From Paramecium tetraurelia (Eukaryota), in contig CT868485.1 of the NCBI GenBank assembly GCA_000165425.1, forward strand, positions 310,001 through 374,000: a stretch of DNA of 64,000 bases. The letters are read 5' to 3'. A model generated the notes under the pieces. That model saw only the letters and a program-made list of their open reading frames with translations. It was not told the origin of the DNA and ran no database searches. How positions within the stretch are numbered: position 1 is the stretch's first letter; the number at the start of each line of letters is the position of its first letter. Of the stretch, positions 26,176 through 38,491 are shown piece after piece. Position numbers and translations under genes: made by a program.

Positions 26176-28110
26176 ATGCAAATTATCGAGGTTTTAAAAT
26201 AAAAACCTTCCAAGAATCAAAAACAAATCATCCTCAACTATTAGAACATCAGAGAGATAGGCTTGCATAATTCTTTCATGTACATTACAACTTTGTGTTT
26301 ATCTCATAATTGCATTTAACATCTTGATGGAATCGAATAGTTTGTGTAATTAACTACGCTCTCCCTCCATCACAATCTAATTCAAAGCGTTAATGAGTTA
26401 AATAAAATCAAACAACCTCATCTACTTAAATTGCTCAATGTTCATCATAATCCATTTACTGTTAATCCAACATATTCAACTGTCATTTTGTAGAAATTCT
26501 GTTATTTGGAGTAACTTGATAACCAAAGGTTAAATAAGTAATATTATTAATAATATTTTCATTGGATCAAATGCATTGGTTAATTGCTTATTCCCTACTT
26601 GAACGAAAATTGTGTATCAGAATAATTAGTTAATTAATTGTCCATTGAATTAAAAAAATATGAAATTTGCATTTTTAAGCTAAATTCCATTATATACACG
26701 CATCTGATTAATTTTCACTATTCAAATTAGCACACTAATTAACAACTTTAACAATCAGGAGAATAAGTATTCTCAAAACTCTTAGATATCTTAAATAATA
26801 ACCAAAAAAGCAATGATCTTTAGATGTGTTTGATGAATCAAGCATTGTAAGATTAAGAGATAGATTTATTTGAATTCTAATCTAATAACGTCTACAAATA
26901 ACAATGTTTATATTAAAACTTTTTGTAGTTGAATGACATTATTTTTAAGGAATAATAGTTTTGCTTTCCTTATTTCCCTTTATGCCTTGATTATGTTAAA
27001 TCAATTATAGAATTAATTAAAATATAATTTAAAAGACAAAATAAGTATGTAAATACCAGATTTCAGTAAACTTCATTATAATCCTATCGTTAATAAAGTG
27101 TGGAATATTAAGAAAATACTCGATCTAATCATGAGAATAATTAATAATCAATAAATAAGACCAAATCAAGTTAATCAATTGGTAGAATGAAGAATAATAC
27201 TAATAAATCTATTTTGACTTCTTAAAGCTAGTTAAGTCATAGAATAAATCATAATTCTGTTTCCATTTTTGTTAGAGTCTTAAATAATTTCACAAAAAAA
27301 TAAACTGAACATTAATAATAATTAGTATTTGATTTCTTGAGGAAAAGAGCGCATATTCAATAAATTTTTGAGAAAATCATGAAGAGAAGATAAATCGGAC
27401 TTTTGAAACACAGCTTTACTAAAGTGAAATAGCTCATAGCCACAAAAATTATAGCAAAGGTTACACAACCAATTCTCTATAATATAAAGGAGGAAGCATT
27501 CAATATTATGCTTAGGCTGAAAAATAGATATGAGGCTAAATAGCTAGAAAAAAGTGTAGAACACTTTGAAATATAAAGGAAGAGATTAGTTTTCTCAATT
27601 TTGCTAATAAATCAATAATAAATGGCCTAATAAAAATAAGCTTTATTTTCATTGATAAAGAAATAGAGATAGCTACCTTTAAGAGAGCATTTTTAAAGAT
27701 GGAAGATTTATTCTATTAGTGAATAATTTTATGATTAGATTTTTCAATAAAAAAGTAACGAAATAAGGTCATTAGCATCAATTTCTACAAGAAATGAAAT
27801 GTTTAAAAAGTACCCAACTAAATCAATTTAATTTTTAGAAAGCAATTCTACACTTGACTAAGATGGAAATAAATAATAAAAAAGAAATTCAACAACTTCC
27901 ATCAATCAACATTTAAAAAATAATGGAACAAACATATACTGTGAGTATGTAGTTATTAATAAATTAAAGAAAAAAAAGAAGAAGAAGTCTTTGAAGAATT
28001 CTAAATCTAAAAAAGAGAGTAAAAGTAAATAAATTAAGAATAAGTGTGGTATCTGTAGAGATTATTTAGATGAAAATGGAAATATCATAGAGAAGAAAGA
28101 AAAAAAATGA
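26176..28110 (+). CDS. N-terminal leucine-rich-repeat protein (SDS22/U2A'-type LRRs + LRRcap) with long helical/basic tail
   Basis: TTLCLSHNCIQHLDGI, TTLSLHHNLIQSV, LNVHHNPFT, YLEQLDNQ. Intronless 645-codon frame; an in-frame upstream ATG at 26122 is possible. Confidence 0.8.
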
Positions 28111-28380
28111 TTATAAGTTAATTTTTAAAAGAATACTATTTAATTTTATCATTCACACATTATTTTTACATATTGAGAGAATTTGGTAATTTATAATTTT
28201 ATTTGATAAATTGAAATAAAATTGTTCCAATTTCATAGTTCTAAATGAATTATTAAATTTTGATATTGTGCAAATGATCATTTGGGTTTGTTAGACTCAA
28301 ATATCATCAATACATTTTCACTTCTCTCAATCAATCATTATTAGTTTTACTCTAGTTAATTAACAATAAAATTATTAAAG

Positions 28381-28859
28381 ATGAAATAAAGAAAAGTGTA
28401 GACACCTTAAGAGATTATCGCTTTTCTTCGATCTTTCAAAAATTATATTAGAAAACCCTATTCTATGAGTCCTTAGAGTCGATGCCAAACAAATGTTTAG
28501 ACAGCCAAAAAGATGATGAGGAATGATCATCTACTGAAATCTCCAACTGAAAGATAATAAAATAATGAATTTGTTTGCGAGGGTATTGAGAAAAAGGTCG
28601 AAAGTCTGGCTATTTAGATTAAGGATTTGTAGACGAAGTAGGAACAATTAGAGAATTAGCATTATTAATTGAGCATGAGTGTAAAGAAATTAACTTAAGA
28701 CAAAAAGCACTAATTACAAGTAAGAGGGAGCAAACATAATTTTAGGAGCGAAGTTAGATGATTAAAAAATTAGATCAAATGATTGATATCTAACTAAAAT
28801 AGGAAGAAAACTTGAATTAATTTAAGTAATTATTCGCTTCTCGAAAATTAATTAATTGA
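28381..28859 (+). CDS. Hypothetical coiled-coil protein
   Basis: Open code-6 frame with one 26-nt intron (gtaagagggag...ttttag); heptad-like Q/K/L pattern. Confidence 0.6.
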
Positions 28860-29011
28860 CTTTTGGTTTTTCATTTTTAAATATCATATTTATATTCATT
28901 GAATGTGAAAGTCATTTGCAAAAAAAAGTGTATGTATATATTTATTAAATGAATATATATTGAAGAATTTGATAATTTCATCATTTATTATTCTCAACAA
29001 ACAAAATTACA

Positions 29012-30702
29012 ATGAAAAAATAAAGTGAGAATGAGAAGATTGCTATTTATGCATCATAGATGATGAAATTACATGGGAAAATCTTAGAGAAGAAAATGAC
29101 AAAGGTGGCCTTCAAAACAGTAATTTGAAAGTCAATCACAAAATATCTCGAATAATAATAGTCCTGCAGTTGGAAGACAGAAGTCATATGAAAATTTATT
29201 AAAAGTTAATAGAACATTCATAAACCCAACACTCTAAGTGTCCTAACAGAAATTATGCAGCATTCTAAATGTGATGGCAGGCTAACAGACGAAACCTAAA
29301 AATTAAAGTTTATTTAACAATGAATTAATTGACACAGTGAAGATATCTCATAAATTAAGAAAGAATCAATCAATGATATAAATGGATCAATAATCACCTT
29401 AACTAACTAAGAACTCATCCTTTCATCGACCCAATTCAAGTGTGAAGATAAAGAATAGTAATAGTGTTTCTTGCGATTAGACTCAAATTCAAAAGATAAA
29501 AGAAAAAATCAAAGTGCTTCTACAAGATAGAGAGAATAACTGGTAATAGGATTAAAAAGAAATGGCATTTATGATTAAATTTAATTAAACCCTAAACCAG
29601 CTATTAGCAATCATGTTTCAAGATTAACAAAACACTTAGCCAACCTCAACTTAAGATACGAATCAGGCTCTGTAAATCGATTGTTTCTTCAAGAGATAAA
29701 TCTAAATTCTATAACAATCATTTTAACAACAAACAGAAAAGAAAAAAATGGAAAATATTCTTATTTCTATTAAAAAGAAGCATGAGAGTCTATTATAAGA
29801 ACATAATTAGTTATTAGAAATTAAGAAATCTCAAGATGAAATAATTGTTAATTTGTAATAATAAATTAATGGATTGTCAGCTTAGATTTAAGAGTAAGAT
29901 CAAGTAGGATAAAACGACGCAGGTATAGATAGATAATAATTGTAGAAATCTTGGAATTGAAATATTTAGTGTAAGGATAGTTCGAAGCAATCTAAAAACT
30001 ACTTCAAAGAGAGCAATTAACTAAAATATTCTTGAAACGAGTCGGAGATAGTTCAATAATAGAGTAATAATGCTATTTTAATTTAGAATGTTCGAATAGT
30101 TTATCTAGAATACAGAATAAGAGAATCCAGATGATACAGAAGGAAACTTAAACATAGATATTAATCCAATAAATCAACCTAATACTCTTAATAAACTTTA
30201 AACTCCCAAATAAAAACTTAGTTCTCCTGAATAAAATACTTATCCTCTCTAAATCTTGTCCTAATATGAGGATATTTACAAGTAACAGTTAAACCTATGT
30301 GACTCTTTATTGGCAGATGACTCAAGTATTAATTCTCTAATTTTATATAGGAATAAATGATTCTGAGGAAAGTAGTTTTGAATACAAAGGCAAGGAATAA
30401 GCGACTGAGATAAGTTGTTACTTCAACTTGGCATCTCAATTTGTTAAGCCACAAATCAAAAAAAAGAGTAACTAGACTATTTCCAAAGAGAAATTGAAAA
30501 TAAATATGATGAATGTCTTATTAGCTTAAGCTGCGTATTTATAAGATTTTATTCTAGTCAAAAACGCTAAGAACTTTTGGAATAGTAATAATAACAGTAA
30601 TAGAAAATTTTGCCTGATGACATACTGGATGAAGATTAAATAGATCCAAACATATCTGATGAGGAAGTATTTAATTCTTAGAAATTAGTATTGAAATTTT
30701 GA
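29012..30702 (+). CDS. Hypothetical coiled-coil protein (frame break near 29115)
   Basis: Long natural-looking frame from about 29100 joined by four tiny introns to TGA 30700-30702. Connection to ATG 29012 needs a +1 shift. Confidence 0.55.
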
Positions 30703-30809
30703 ATAAGACCTATTTTTCCTCGTTCTATTATATATTATTAAATCTTATTATAAACATACTAAGTGTATTTATTATTAGAAGAGATAGAAAATCAAAACTC
30801 ATTTTTAAA

Positions 30810-31887
30810 TCAGAGCCACTTTTTTAATTTACCTTTAGACCAGAAGCCTTTTCTGGCAATCCCTTCTTTGTCTACAAATAAGCCTATACCATCTTATAGA
30901 CCATGTTTCCATTATCCTTTATAAATTCGGCCATCTATGTACTACATTTCTCCATAACCATGTTTGATATCATCCAAATATTGGCCAATATACACACGAC
31001 CTATTAAATGAAAATAAAGGAAATACCGTCCCCCCATTTCATCGTGCCATCGCCATTCTTTAATCCATTCCCCCAGTAGCCTTCAAAAATTCTAGCTTTA
31101 TCAGGCCAAGTCTACTTAATTAATAGAGTTTACAAATGAACCATATCCATGAAATAAATCATTTTGAAATTCGCCTTAATAAACTGACCCATCAGCCAAC
31201 TGAAAAATGCCTAAACCACACTTCATTCCATTTTTAAATTTGCCTTCATAAATGGATTTATCCTTATATATCTCTTTGCCCATCCCATGCTAGAGTCCTT
31301 TCTTCCATTAACCTAAATATAAGATTTGGATACCTGTATAGATGCGACCATCTTAATACCTAAATTCCCCTTGACCATGGAACATATTATTTAGCCATTC
31401 TCCTCGATATGATTCATTGGGATTCATGTAGACTCCTTAACCTTGAAGTTCATTGGCAGTCCACTAAAATAAATTGAATAAATTACAGTTCCTTCAATGT
31501 AACTAGAAAAATAAAAAATAGTAACTACCTATCATGGAATTAATATTTTCCTTTTCCATTAGCTTTCCCTTCTTTCCATATCCCTGTATAGATAGCTCCA
31601 TTTTTCATAATTATAGGCTAATCATTCTCTTATACGAAAGTAGGATCGAAACAGAATTTTGGATTATCAGGTTGAGTAGGAGCAGAGGGTACTGGAGATT
31701 AGAGAGTAGGCACAAGAGATTTGCGGACTTTGTGTCCCCTATAATAGGCCTATATAGTGATGATTTTGTTCTCATTATATTAAGGAGGGATTTCTTCCTT
31801 GATAGGATTATCTGTTTATTTGCAGGCACTTGAGTCCATGGTTGGTAAGTCATCTATAATACTTGGAGCACTTTAACAACTGCCCAT
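30810..31887 (-). CDS. MORN-repeat protein with IQ motif and N-terminal acylation motif
   Basis: MGSCQS; IQAYYRGHKVRK; about 9 repeats of Y.G.W..G..HG.G; multiple tiny introns including a 16-nt micro-exon. Confidence 0.9.
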
Positions 31888-31985
31888 TATTAGAATAGAT
31901 TTTTTTTATCAAATTATTTTTATATTTGATCATGCCAATTTGTTAGTTATTCTAAGAAATAATAAAATATTGATATAATAATACG

Positions 31986-32480
31986 ATGATTTGCTAGAAT
32001 AGTGATACGAAGTCAGAAAGTTACATTTCGATATAATTTAAATATTCATTCTTTGTAGAAGTGGAATATAATCTTGAAGCTGCAAGAAATTTCAAATAAT
32101 TTCGATGAAATTATTGATCCTTCGATTTCTGCACACACTCTAAGGTCTTATAAATCTATGCAAGTAAATTCATTTTGGGAAAGAATGAATATTCTAAAAG
32201 GGAAAATGCTTCTACAACCTTTAGTAACTATTAAGATTTGATAATGTTTCAAATTTGATCCAACTCAAGTCAATATTTTGTCTCAAAATATGCAATTTAA
32301 ATAGATGAAAAGCCTCTAATTTACAAGGAGGAGATGCTTTCGCCGTATTAGATCTCTTAAATGAATTAATGTTAAAATAAAGAAATGATTCTGCTTTAAC
32401 TATTCCAGAAAATTTGGAGTGTATCAATATTAAATCCAAATATTTCCAACAAAAAATTGATCATTTGACAAAAATAATAT
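31986..32480 (+). pseudogene. Probable decayed gene relic, family unidentified
   Basis: Codon-like islands in shifting frames (e.g. NLQGGDAFAVLDLLNELMLKQRNDSALTIPENLECI) broken by TGA stops, with no consistent intron solution. Confidence 0.3.
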
Positions 32481-33021
32481 TATATTATACATTTTTTTGT
32501 ATAGTATCTTTCTGTCTGAAATGAATTCTAGTGCTCTATAATTAGGGTATACTAATGTTTACTTTACTAATCTTCAAGGTCTTACTCATAGATTAATTTA
32601 TTTATTACTTATGATGCCTCTAAGTTGTGTTTATTATGCAATTATTTGCTTTAATAATTAGTAATAAAGAATAATCTAGTAAAGCCATTTACTAGATTAA
32701 ATTCATTTAAAAAAATTGGAAAATCAATAAACTTCTAGACACAATTTTTCATTTATTAAAACAATTTTAATCAATCATACTGGTTCAAGTCTGGCAAGTA
32801 ACTTTATTAGTAAAAAACACTGTGACATACTTGTAGTTCTTAATTATAATTCAAAACCACAAAGATGAATTGGTAGTTGTCATCTTATTGATTGGATGAT
32901 GGATACTTAAGAATGATAATGGTTTTTATATCACTTAAATTAATAATAGTTCTTAAAATCTCTATTTATACTAAGAAATTTTAATTCAGTATATAAAATA
33001 TGATAATGGTATAATTATTAA

Positions 33022-33747
33022 TCAATTAAAAATAGTCTTTAATCTTATAGTTGTATGAAAAATGTGTTCGTGTTTATCTACTAAAAGTTTGAATTTCTCT
33101 GATGAATTTCCATTCTTAAATCCTTTTAATTCCACCATTTACTTATTGGCTTTAACCTATTTTTTAAAGCCGTGGGAATTCTAGACTGGGAGCAGACAGG
33201 AACCAGTTTTAAGCCTATTTACAAGAAGGGGAGACTTGATTATGATATCCTTATGGGATCGAGATGTTAGTGGATGGGATTTTTTAACATCCGAGAATTC
33301 TTGAAAAGCTTTTCCAAGCGACTTCTTTATTATGAAGCTTTTGAATTGAGCACTTTTAATAGGCTATCTGAGGGGGATCTAATGACAACTAGTCTTTTAG
33401 AATAGAGTTTCTGAGCCACATTCTTCACATTTACAACTATGTCGTCTTTTTTTGATTGAGTCAGTATTTTTGTTAGAGAGATGAAAACTAGTAGAAATCA
33501 TTTTCTTAAGGGGTTTACATTAAATTAGTTGACTCAGTTTTTATTTTTCGACCTAATGTTGTTGAACTACCAAGGGAGAATTCTGATAAATTTGTTAAAA
33601 ATGAGTGAGTTTGCCACAATTGTCACAACAACAACTTGCTCTTCTTGGCTATTCTTAGACGGAATCTAAATATTTAAGTTTTTAAGTGGTCCTTCTATTT
33701 TGATTTCTTTTGTTATTGATGATTAACATTTAATAATTTTGAATCAT
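33022..33747 (-). CDS. Hypothetical basic protein with two RRxSCxCxxCG-type motifs; start unresolved
   Basis: Frame reads RRASCCDNCGKLTHFQ and RRHSCKCEECGSETLFQ to TGA at 33022. No ATG in this frame upstream of the motifs. Confidence 0.5.
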
Positions 33748-33898
33748 TTCATAATTAGTTTGTTCTTTATATACCTGATAATATCATTACTATTGATTAT
33801 AGTTAATCATCTAAGATAGGAGAATTAATTGATTAGAATTATATATTTGTAGAAAGATCAACTGATTTTTGACATATATTCAAAAATAATTACAATAA

Positions 33899-35002
33899 TC
33901 ATTAGATCAATAGTGGTTGTACTGATTCATCGTCCATATAATCTAGTACTTGTTCTGTGAAGTAGGCAAAATAATGTCCGCGAGTTTTTTGGGTAATTTG
34001 AACTTATTTTTCAAAAGACTCCAATCCTATAATGTTGGTTGAAATGATCAAAGTTTCTTCAAGAATCAATTATTGACTTACCACATTCACAAACTCATTC
34101 AAAAAAACCGGTAGACTTTATAAATTGTATATTGTGATCTCATTCTCAACGTCTGATAAATTAAATATGCATTTCATATTTAAAAACAATATGGTTAGTT
34201 CCTTAGCCTTGTGATTGTAGGTGACTCTCATTAAACCTGCCTAATCGCTGATCACCACATCTCTCTCCTCCAACAACACTGTGTTCTCCTACAAATGAGT
34301 AATGGACAGTGGCTTTGGAGGCTGTGATTACTGGTTGTCTATTTGAATATGCGATTCATAGTATTGTAAGAGGGAGTCATCTGGTGTAAGAACTTGGCTT
34401 GCTACTTTGTAAGCCTAAATGCAGAATTGATTGGATTCATAGGCCCCCTTTTCTAGCTAGGCCATTCGTTCGTATAATTTGGCCATTAAGAGATGCACCT
34501 TTTTATCTAACTTTGGTTCCAAAGACTTAATTATAAGTTGTTACAGTTTCAGAATTGCTTATAATGCTTGCTGTTTGCTCTGATTGTCTATAGTACAAAA
34601 GTGATAAAGAGAGAGGGCGGATTCATAAATCTGAGACACAGTTCCTCCAATGCTATAGTATTGTTATTCATCAATCAATGCCAGTAGACGTGCTCTTGCT
34701 TGTGTAATGCGATTGATCTTAATTTGGTAGGCGATTTCCAGATTCTGCAAAACCCATAGGTTGGAGAAGGTGCATACTTCCTGATTCCATAGCTATAGAT
34801 ATTAAATGATTAATTGTGTGCTTGGCAATTAATTCTTAGACATAAATTCATATCCCATATCTGCTAGTTCTGTGACGATGATTTGGTATCCCTTGGAGAA
34901 ATCAGTCACAGAGATGGATTGAAGATGGTTGGTGATATCTTGGAGCAGCTCTTCTGAGAAGTCATCAACTTCAAGTGAGTTGAGTATTTAAGCATACCAC
35001 AT
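33899..35002 (-). CDS. Hypothetical protein (helical, TPR-like middle)
   Basis: Intronless 368-codon code-6 ORF from ATG to TGA. Confidence 0.7.
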
Positions 35003-35015
35003 ATTTTAAATATTA

Positions 35016-36547
35016 TCATAATTTAGAAGTATTTTTTGGTATTTTCTTGGGGTGAAGACTGTAAGCCTACAATTGATGATACTTTTTGGATAACTTTTAG
35101 GAATCCTCATCTCCACTAAATTCGTTCATGTACTATTAAAATCCCCAAGTTGAATCAATAGTTTTATGTCTCTACAAAATCAATATTTATTTACTCTAAG
35201 TTAATCTTTGGGTTCAATAATTTACACTCCACTATGAAAGATGACTGATTAACGTTTAGAAGATTTAGCACTCTTTCTACTTCGTTTACTTTTCTTACTT
35301 TTAGATCGTTTCTCGTCTTGATTACACATGCTCGTGTTTTCTACTTAGGATGGAATATATTTGATCATCATAGACGACAAAGACCCTTAGATCGATGTAC
35401 TTGTGAGATGTTTCGACTCCATCCTTATAGGACTCCCACCTGTGGCTCTCATTGCCTCAGGAGGTTTGAGAAGGTTGTTGGAACCCATGATTTATTACGA
35501 ACTGTTCATTTGTGGTTATTTTTATTTGTCTTCAGATAAGGCCCAAATCATTTGATCCTTTATTTTGGTTTGACGATCAGTCCATTCGAATAACTTGTCT
35601 AGAATTATATGATTATTAGTGGATGCCTTGAGCAAGAGAGATAACATGTATTTATAATCTGGTTCAGATTTGAATTCTAATTTTTTTAAATAACTAATTG
35701 ATAAAGAGAAGATACTTAAATATTTCAGCAAATTCAGGTGGAACATCTTTGCATAATTCTGATACTTCAGTCTTCTATTTGACTTCGCCTACAACATCAG
35801 TTCGATCTCTATCGCCAATATTTTGTAAATTTTACCAAGGCAATTTTACTAATATAAAGAAAGTTCTCTCTACCCTTTTAAGAGATATATCATAACATAA
35901 AACATTGATTCCACATCATCTTTTCTTCCTAATTCGTAACCTCGATGTGCTGCTATCGATGCATATCTTGTTGTCCCGATAAAGGATTTCTTGTCTTTGA
36001 GTGGGCTTTGCCTTAGGTAAATTCAGTACATGTGCTTGCCATGATTATCTAAATAGACTTTTGACACTCCATAATCCACCAGATAAATAGTGCCATTCTC
36101 TTGTTGATAACCTGTCAAAATATTTTCTGGTTTGAAATCTCTATGGATTACTCCCCTCTCATGCACTTATTGCAAAGTAGACAGCAATTGATATGAAATC
36201 TGCAATACGCTTTTCAAACTAAACTTCTTAAATTGCTTGATATGTTGACTCAGGTCCTTGCCCAAAATTTGGATTACAATCACATTGTAGTCTTACTCGA
36301 ATCCACTCCAATAGAGTTTGGGTGTTCCAGGCACTCCATTCAAGCGATTAAGGATGGATATTTCTCTGTCCAGAGAACTGACATCTTCATTTTCCTCCTT
36401 CTCTATTTTCACAGCCACTTCCTCTCTTGTGTGCTTGTCAAATGCCAAATACACTATACCAAATGAACCTGACGAGATCTATTATTTGATAATATATTTG
36501 TTGTTGAAAATCTTCGGATCCCTGTAACTAGGAGGAAGCTTCATCAT
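35016..36547 (-). CDS. CK1: Casein kinase 1 family kinase
   Basis: SGSFGIVY, EEVAVKIE, LGKDL, HRDFKPENIL, LVDYGVSK, FIGTTRYAS, ELGRKDDVES; S/T-rich tail. Confidence 0.92.
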
Positions 36548-36690
36548 TTTTTATTTATTATAATTTTATATTTCTTTCTTGTTTCAATATTATTTAGATC
36601 GCATTTACTCCTTTAAAATACCTTCCTGATCCCCTCCTTACATCCCACTCATCAGTTAACAATGTAATATAATTTATAACTAATATTTCA

Positions 36691-38470
36691 TCAAATGTTC
36701 ACAATGTATCCCATCTTCTTTAATTCCTCAAACTTTTTTCTTGGATTTGGTAGCATTGATTAGAGTTTATGACAAATAAATATTCCTTGGCAATTAAGAC
36801 GATTTAATCAACGTTAAGATCTAATCCAGAGTTCTCTCCGTGATCATATTTGAGGACAAATGTAATGAAACCACATTACTATTTTAAGCCAATGCTTGCA
36901 ACAACACAGCAGCACCATCATCACTAATCTTATTTCTAGCCAATTTCAACTACTTCACTTTTTTACAAATTTTCAATTGATCTGCAATTATTGAGCATCC
37001 CTCATCTCCCAACTCTAAAATTAGATATCAACAATACTTACCAGCATTTGAGAAATCTACAATCTCTAAATTGTCATTTTTGAAGGCCTAAAAGGCTGGA
37101 TCAAACTTCTCACTCATTTTAAAAGTTTTCTTTCTCTTTTCTTGTAATTTTGGTGTCGGAGATATACCTTAACGTAAAATGGACACAGGAGCTGGTGGTT
37201 AGAGAGTATTGTTAGAGTGTTCCTTGGTTGGACTTTTTTGTTTGATGCTCTTGAGAGGAGTGATGGAATGATGAGAATGAGCAAGATTTTCAGTTCTCAA
37301 AGGACTTTTAGCCTACACAACTGATTATGTTGAAACATGACTCTAATTATGGGCTACTTGAGTAATCAGACTCTCCTCAATATCATTCCAATCTGCTACT
37401 GAATTATCCCTCAAGAGGAGAGGTTCTTCTTAATCAAATTTTGTAAAGCTATTCTCAACATGATTGTTTTCAGTATGATTTAATTATAATGTTAATGAGC
37501 ACATTGTATCAAAACACTTATCTATTTCTGTTTTCTTAAAGTCCACTCTAATTTTTTTGATTCTAATGTTATTAATTCGTTGTTCTAACATTTTAATGGT
37601 TCTGTCCATTTCTTCAATGATGGCATTTCCTTTGAATTCCTAATTATAAAGTAAATCCAAAGGCAACTCCCCATTATCAGTTTTAGTCGAGAAATAGAGC
37701 AAACGATCTTTGGCTCCAATCTTCCATAAATCAGCTTATTACAAGCTTGATGAGATTTGATCTTTGATCTATTTCTTAGTCTATTATTCAAGAGTTTAAG
37801 TGAGACCATTCAATTGTTCCAATAACTTATTCTCCTTTAACTCTAATTATTAATGCAATTCCTTAAACTTCTCCTTAACCTGCATCTAACTATCTAAGAG
37901 CATCGTTTAGAATTTATCATTCAGAAGATCATAAAACTTGGACTCGCTCATTTCTTATTGTTTATCCAATATTCTTTAATAAGTCTACATGATATTTTCA
38001 GCTCTGAGAGTGACTTCTCTCACTACATCATCAACAGATTTCACTTCGTGATGCCTGTGATTTCCAAACAAAGCACATTTAGTACAAATTCGAATTTTAT
38101 CTGTTAAGCATACAATTTCTAACTTTTCAAGATGTTCAGCACACAATTCAATCCGTTCCTAAGCTAAATTATTGAGATGCAACTAATATTCAGGTTACTC
38201 GATGGATGGTCTCTATTTTACGATCATTTTCAAAAGCTAGCAATTTTTTGGAAATTCTGAGATATGAGTCTTGCCCTTTGCTAAAATACTAGGGTTGGAG
38301 TAGAATAAATACTTGTCTTCTGGACAGGAGATCTACTAGCCATCAACGTTGGATAACATGTATTGGATGCATTTTTGACAGATGGTATGGCCACAGTCTG
38401 GAAGCATGAGAGGAGTATTCTCGAATTCATTGAATATATTATGACATTATGGACATATAAGTTCTTCCAT
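36691..38470 (-). CDS. RING + B-box + coiled-coil (TRIM-like) protein with C-terminal RI-type LRRs
   Basis: CPQC...PDCGHTICQKC...CPED; B-box CAEH...VCLTDKIRICTKCALFGNHRHH; LRRs LGDEG, LKLARNKISDDGA, LHLSSNMIT. Confidence 0.85.
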
Positions 38471-38491
38471 TTTAATTAAAATAACGATATA

